Positions 60,172 to 64,000 of a stretch of DNA of 64,000 nt are shown here, piece by piece. Numbering within the stretch: the stretch's first letter is position 1; every line of letters begins with the position of its first letter. Under the pieces are notes generated by a model. It ran no database searches. It worked only from the letters and a program-made list of their open reading frames with translations, and was not told the origin of the DNA. The stretch lies in NCBI GenBank assembly GCA_963771465.1, contig CAVYTU010000014.1, forward strand, positions 128,001-192,000, given 5' to 3'. This DNA is from an uncultured delta proteobacterium. Lineage in GTDB: Bacteria > Desulfobacterota > Binatia > UBA9968. Position numbers and translations under genes: made by a program.

Positions 60172-61404
60172 GTGAATGTGGCCGAGCCAAATCCACCGGC
60201 GTCCACGCAACGGGATCGTCTGTCCGTTGTCATCATTCCCTGTGCCAACTTAATACCGTCGATGATGGTGGCGAGCTTGGGCATTGCCTTGCCGGAAATT
60301 CGCCAAAGCTTTGCATTGTCCGAAGTCGCCGCCGGCAGCCTGTTCTCGGTGATGATGATGATCGCCGCGATCACCAGCGCCGTCGCCGGCCGTTTGGCGG
60401 ACAAACTCGGCCGCAAGCGCGTGCTGATCACCGGCTTGAGTTTGCTCGCCGGCGGATTTGGATTCGCGGGCACAAGCAGTCATCCGATTTTATTCTTTAT
60501 GTTTCTCGCCGTGACGGGAATCGGCTACGGCTTCACGACGCCGTCGCTTTACGCCATTATGTCCGACCTGCTGCCGCGCCGGCGCGGCCTCGGCGCCAGT
60601 CTCGTGTCCGTAACCTATGGCATCGGCGGCGCCATCGGCGCCGTGCTTGCGAGCCGCGTTACGTTGGCATTGGGCTGGCGCGCGGCATTCATCACCGTCG
60701 GCGTCATCGCGGCGGTGGACATGCTGCTGCAACTATTCTGGATACGCGACGCGCACCCAAGCCGTGCCATCGTACGCTCCGGCTCGTTTCGCGACGCGTT
60801 ATCATTGTCCATTCTTATTCTCGCGCTCGCCGAATTTCTCGGCGGCTCGGTCTTCTGGGCGTCCGCGGCATGGACGCCAACGTTACTGCGCACGGCGAAA
60901 CGATTGAGCCTCGCTGACGCCGGCTGGATCATGAGCGTGCTCAGCGTCGCCAACATGTTCGGCTCATTTTGCCTGGGACACTTGTCCGATAAATACGGCC
61001 GCAAACGAGTCGTCGCACTTAGCGCCTTTCCCGCGGCGCTCGCCGCGTTCGTGTTTTTCTATTGGCTGCAATCAGCGCTGGCGCTGGCCATTGGCATTGC
61101 GATTTTTGGCGTCATCAAAGCATCCGTGCCAGCGTTAGTCGTCGCCCTCGCTCAAGAAGCCGCGCCGCCGGGCAACGCCGGCAGTGCCGCCGGCGTCATC
61201 ATGTCGCTCCACTATTTTGCCGGAGTCGTCGCTCCGCTGATCGCCGCCCAGATCATCGCCGCCACCGGCGATATCGTCTTGGCGATGATTTTTACAACGT
61301 CGGTGCCACTAATACTTTACGGTTGTCTAATCGGCGCCGTGCGCGAACGTCAGCCATTAGGACGACTCACCACGAAGATCACGACGGACACGAAGACGAT
61401 TTGA
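60172..61404 (+). CDS. MFS transporter
   Basis: Motif A twice (GRLADKLGRK, GHLSDKYGRK); about 12 TM helices. Confidence 0.92.
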   Translation: MNVAEPNPPASTQRDRLSVVIIPCANLIPSMMVASLGIALPEIRQSFALSEVAAGSLFSVMMMIAAITSAVAGRLADKLGRKRVLITGLSLLAGGFGFAGTSSHPILFFMFLAVTGIGYGFTTPSLYAIMSDLLPRRRGLGASLVSVTYGIGGAIGAVLASRVTLALGWRAAFITVGVIAAVDMLLQLFWIRDAHPSRAIVRSGSFRDALSLSILILALAEFLGGSVFWASAAWTPTLLRTAKRLSLADAGWIMSVLSVANMFGSFCLGHLSDKYGRKRVVALSAFPAALAAFVFFYWLQSALALAIGIAIFGVIKASVPALVVALAQEAAPPGNAGSAAGVIMSLHYFAGVVAPLIAAQIIAATGDIVLAMIFTTSVPLILYGCLIGAVRERQPLGRLTTKITTDTKTI

Positions 61405-61451
61405 ACAATTATGACTCCGAACTTCGTGATCTTCGTGTCCTTCGTGGTGAA
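61368..61451. repeat. REP-like palindrome built from 9-nt CACGAAGAW-like units
   Basis: CACCACGAAGATCACGACGGACACGAAG arm and CTTCGTGATCTTCGTGTCCTTCGTGGTG arm; related copies at 57048-57119 and 59673-59739. Confidence 0.75.
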
Positions 61452-61470
61452 ACCATTACTTCGCGGCGAA

Positions 61471-61791
61471 TCAACGCATCCAAGAGAATACTAACACTAG
61501 CACCGTCCCAGCCAACATACCCGTAACAGCGCTCTTAGTCTTGTACGCGATGGCGATCGTCAGCGCCAAAGCAACGCCGCGATACGGTGCTGCTTGCGTT
61601 TCGAAGCGCGCGCCGGACATGAACAGCGTGATCGAAATCAGGCCGCACAAAAGCGCATAGGACAAATAACGCAGCAACCGATCCCAAATCTCGGGAAAAC
61701 TTTTACCGACAAGAAACCATTGCGGCAGCGCGCGTAAGACCAGCGCCGAAAGCCCAAGGATGAGAATAAGTTCTATGCGCGAGAGAGCCAC
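61471..61791 (-). CDS. azlD: AzlD-like membrane protein
   Basis: GTG start overlapping the azlC end; LRALP...LLRYLSYALL pattern, small hydrophobic protein. Confidence 0.7.
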   Translation of the reverse strand: MALSRIELILILGLSALVLRALPQWFLVGKSFPEIWDRLLRYLSYALLCGLISITLFMSGARFETQAAPYRGVALALTIAIAYKTKSAVTGMLAGTVLVLVFSWMR

Positions 61792-62495
61792 TTTTCCAAA
61801 CCCCATCCAAGCATCGCAATGATCGCCGCCGTCGCTAACCAGCCCCAACCCGGATTGAACAAAGCGCCGGGTATCGCCGTGATGATGCTCGCCAAACAAA
61901 TCAGCGGCATCGTCCAACCTTTCATCTCCGCCACCAGCAAGCCGGCGAAATATCCCGGTAGAATAAATTTCAATGCCTCGTCGAAGCCCGGCGGAAAATT
62001 TAGCGCGACACCGTAGCCCACCGTCGTGCCGGCAACCCAAACAGTAAAACTCGTCGCGCCGACGCCGACGAAGAAACCGAGATTGCCATAACCGTCGGCG
62101 ACCGAACGGCCGGCGCTCGTCTCACGCTCTTTTTGAAATTGTAGATACGGAACAATGAAGCTGCTGGCGCTGACGACGTGAGACGCGATCAGCAACGGCA
62201 ATCGCTTGACACCGCGAAAAAACGGCGCCAACGCCGTGCTCATCGGCAGAAAACGCAGATTCATCAGCAAGCCGGCGATCAACACCGTCGCTGCTGACTT
62301 GCCTTCGGCGAGCGGAAACAGCACGGCAAACTGCGCCGGTCCGGAATAAACCCACGCCGACATGAGAACAATCTCGCCGAGCGAAAGCCCATGCGCCTGC
62401 GCGGCGATCCCCCAGGCGAGCGAAGACGGCACAAAAGCGATCCAGATCGGAATCGCCGCTTTCATCCCCTGACGAAAACGCGCAGCGAAAGACAT
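61773..62495 (-). CDS. azlC: AzlC family branched-chain amino acid exporter permease
   Basis: MSAWVYSGPAQF, MNLRF and WVAGT..G motifs. Confidence 0.85.
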   Translation of the reverse strand: MSFAARFRQGMKAAIPIWIAFVPSSLAWGIAAQAHGLSLGEIVLMSAWVYSGPAQFAVLFPLAEGKSAATVLIAGLLMNLRFLPMSTALAPFFRGVKRLPLLIASHVVSASSFIVPYLQFQKERETSAGRSVADGYGNLGFFVGVGATSFTVWVAGTTVGYGVALNFPPGFDEALKFILPGYFAGLLVAEMKGWTMPLICLASIITAIPGALFNPGWGWLATAAIIAMLGWGLEKWLSRA

Positions 62496-62639
62496 CACAC
62501 TCGCACCCTCACGCTTGCCTCTCCCGCAAGCGGGCGAGGGTAAAGAAGTTCGGCAACTGACAAGTTGAGAGGAGAAACAATTGGAACAAATGTTTTTGAG
62601 TACTATGCGTACTTTGCGGTAAATTCTCCGAATCTGAAT

Positions 62640-64000
62640 CTACGCCGACGACGCCACATGCTGCTGCTTGCGCGCGTAGATCCAGAAGGTCGTCACCAGA
62701 GGCGACATCACCGCGATCATCATGATCGCGATGGCAGCGGCGTCGCCGAGCCCGCCGCCATGCCACTGGCCCCAGATATAGGTCGACAACACCTGGCTCT
62801 TGGGCGAGGACAGAAAAACCGCCATCGTCAGCTCGCGATAGGCCGACAGCGAAGTCCATATCCAAGTGTAAACCAATCCCGGCTTGATCAGCGGCACGAT
62901 GACCTTGGCGAGAATTTTGAACGACGACACGCCGCCCACTTGCGCCGCCTCTTCCAGCTCGCGGTGCACTTGGATCATGCTGTTGTTGAGCACCCGGGTG
63001 CCGAAGCTGATCCAGCAGAGCACGTACACCGCAATGATGACAAAAAGAGTTCCGTAGAGCGGAATCACATTAGAAATCAGCAGCGCGAGATAGGCGATCG
63101 CCAAAGCGAACAGCAGATTGGGCACCGGATGGGGCAAAAACGCCACCGCGTCCAACGCCACGCGCCAGCGCAGCCGCGAGCGCGTCACGATCCACGAGAT
63201 CGCCGAGCAGAAAATGACGATCAACGTCGGCACGACGATCATCAGCAAGAGCGTATTGGCCGCTGCCTGCAAGATGCCGCTGTCGAAAGCCGACGGACGT
63301 GTAGCGTTCGAATGTAATCGCCGACAGCGCTTGCCACGATGGCGCTTGCACGTAAGGCAAAAGCGAAACCCAAAATATCGCCAGCAGAGGCAAGACAAAC
63401 GCCAGCACGAAGTAGAGTCCCAACAACCCCCACGCGCCGAGCCACCATCTGCCGAGCTCCACCGGACGCGACTGATAGGCTTTGCCGGAAATGATTTGAT
63501 ATTTGTGGCTTTGCTTGAGCGCGATGAAGTAAGGGATCATTAGGATCAACGACACGCGCGACCATGATCGTGCCGTAGGCGCCGGTCAAACCGTAGCGCG
63601 GCAAGCCTTCGTTGGGATTGATCATGAAGTAGATCGCCGTGCTGAAGGTAAAAATATTATTCGCCATGCCGATCACGCCTGGCACGTCGAAAGCCGCGAT
63701 CGCCACGGTGAACATCCAGATCACCGCCGAAAACAATGCCGGCCAGATGAGCGGCAGCTCGATCCGAACCAACGTGCGCCACTGGCTCACGCCGTGCACG
63801 CTCGCCGCCTCGACCAACGCCGGATTCATGCTTTTGAGCGCCGCCGAGATCATCACGTACGCCAACGGCGCGAGAGTCAACCCTTGCACGAAACCGATGC
63901 CCGACACGGTGGCGATATTCAGCGGCGCGTTGGTTAAGCCGAACAGCTGCATTAAAAAAATATTGATCATGCCGATGCGCGGATGGAGCAAAAAAACCCA
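62640..64000 (-). CDS. FbpB-like ABC permease, 5' part outside the window, frameshifts ~63292 and ~63557
   Basis: Three overlapping ORF pieces with EAA loops LVEAASVHGV and LEEAAQVGGV. Confidence 0.82.

Noticed and set aside
1-64000. tRNA, rRNA, transposase, integrase or prophage genes
   Set aside because: None recognised on either strand by eye; a tRNAscan/HMM run would be needed to exclude them fully.

Overview
A GC-rich bacterial chromosomal window, probably from an uncultured soil Binatota/'Deltaproteobacteria'-type genome. That assignment is inferred from the many substrate-binding-protein paralogues, the catabolic gene load and the periodic palindromic intergenic repeats. The left 34 kb is accessory and catabolic. 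It encodes a UbiD decarboxylase, an amidohydrolase, several ABC transporters, a TAT-less reductive-dehalogenase homologue with a truncated partner paralogue, a gentisate-type cupin, a heme-oxygenase-like diiron enzyme, MmgE/PrpD, a Rieske oxygenase/TTT/dihydrodiol dehydrogenase cluster and a decayed type I R-M remnant. The right half is more core-like (etfBA, pncB, fabF/fabH, tatBC, acyl-CoA carboxylase, pyruvoyl Arg decarboxylase, Fpg/Nei, pycB-like). Signals not shown by the ORF track are: (1) a probable selenoprotein, a UxxC glutaredoxin-DinB fusion with a SECIS-like hairpin; (2) a stand-alone ~190-nt transcription unit encoding a 13-aa CxxC peptide, with a 15-nt anti-16S SD and a switchable anti-SD fold; (3) a ~176-nt 6S-like rod RNA; (4) three diverged copies of one gene's 3' end bracketing successive cargo blocks; (5) a solitary integron attC site with a truncated cassette. 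Several single-base frameshifts look like long-read assembly errors. All calls are made by eye, with no database searches.
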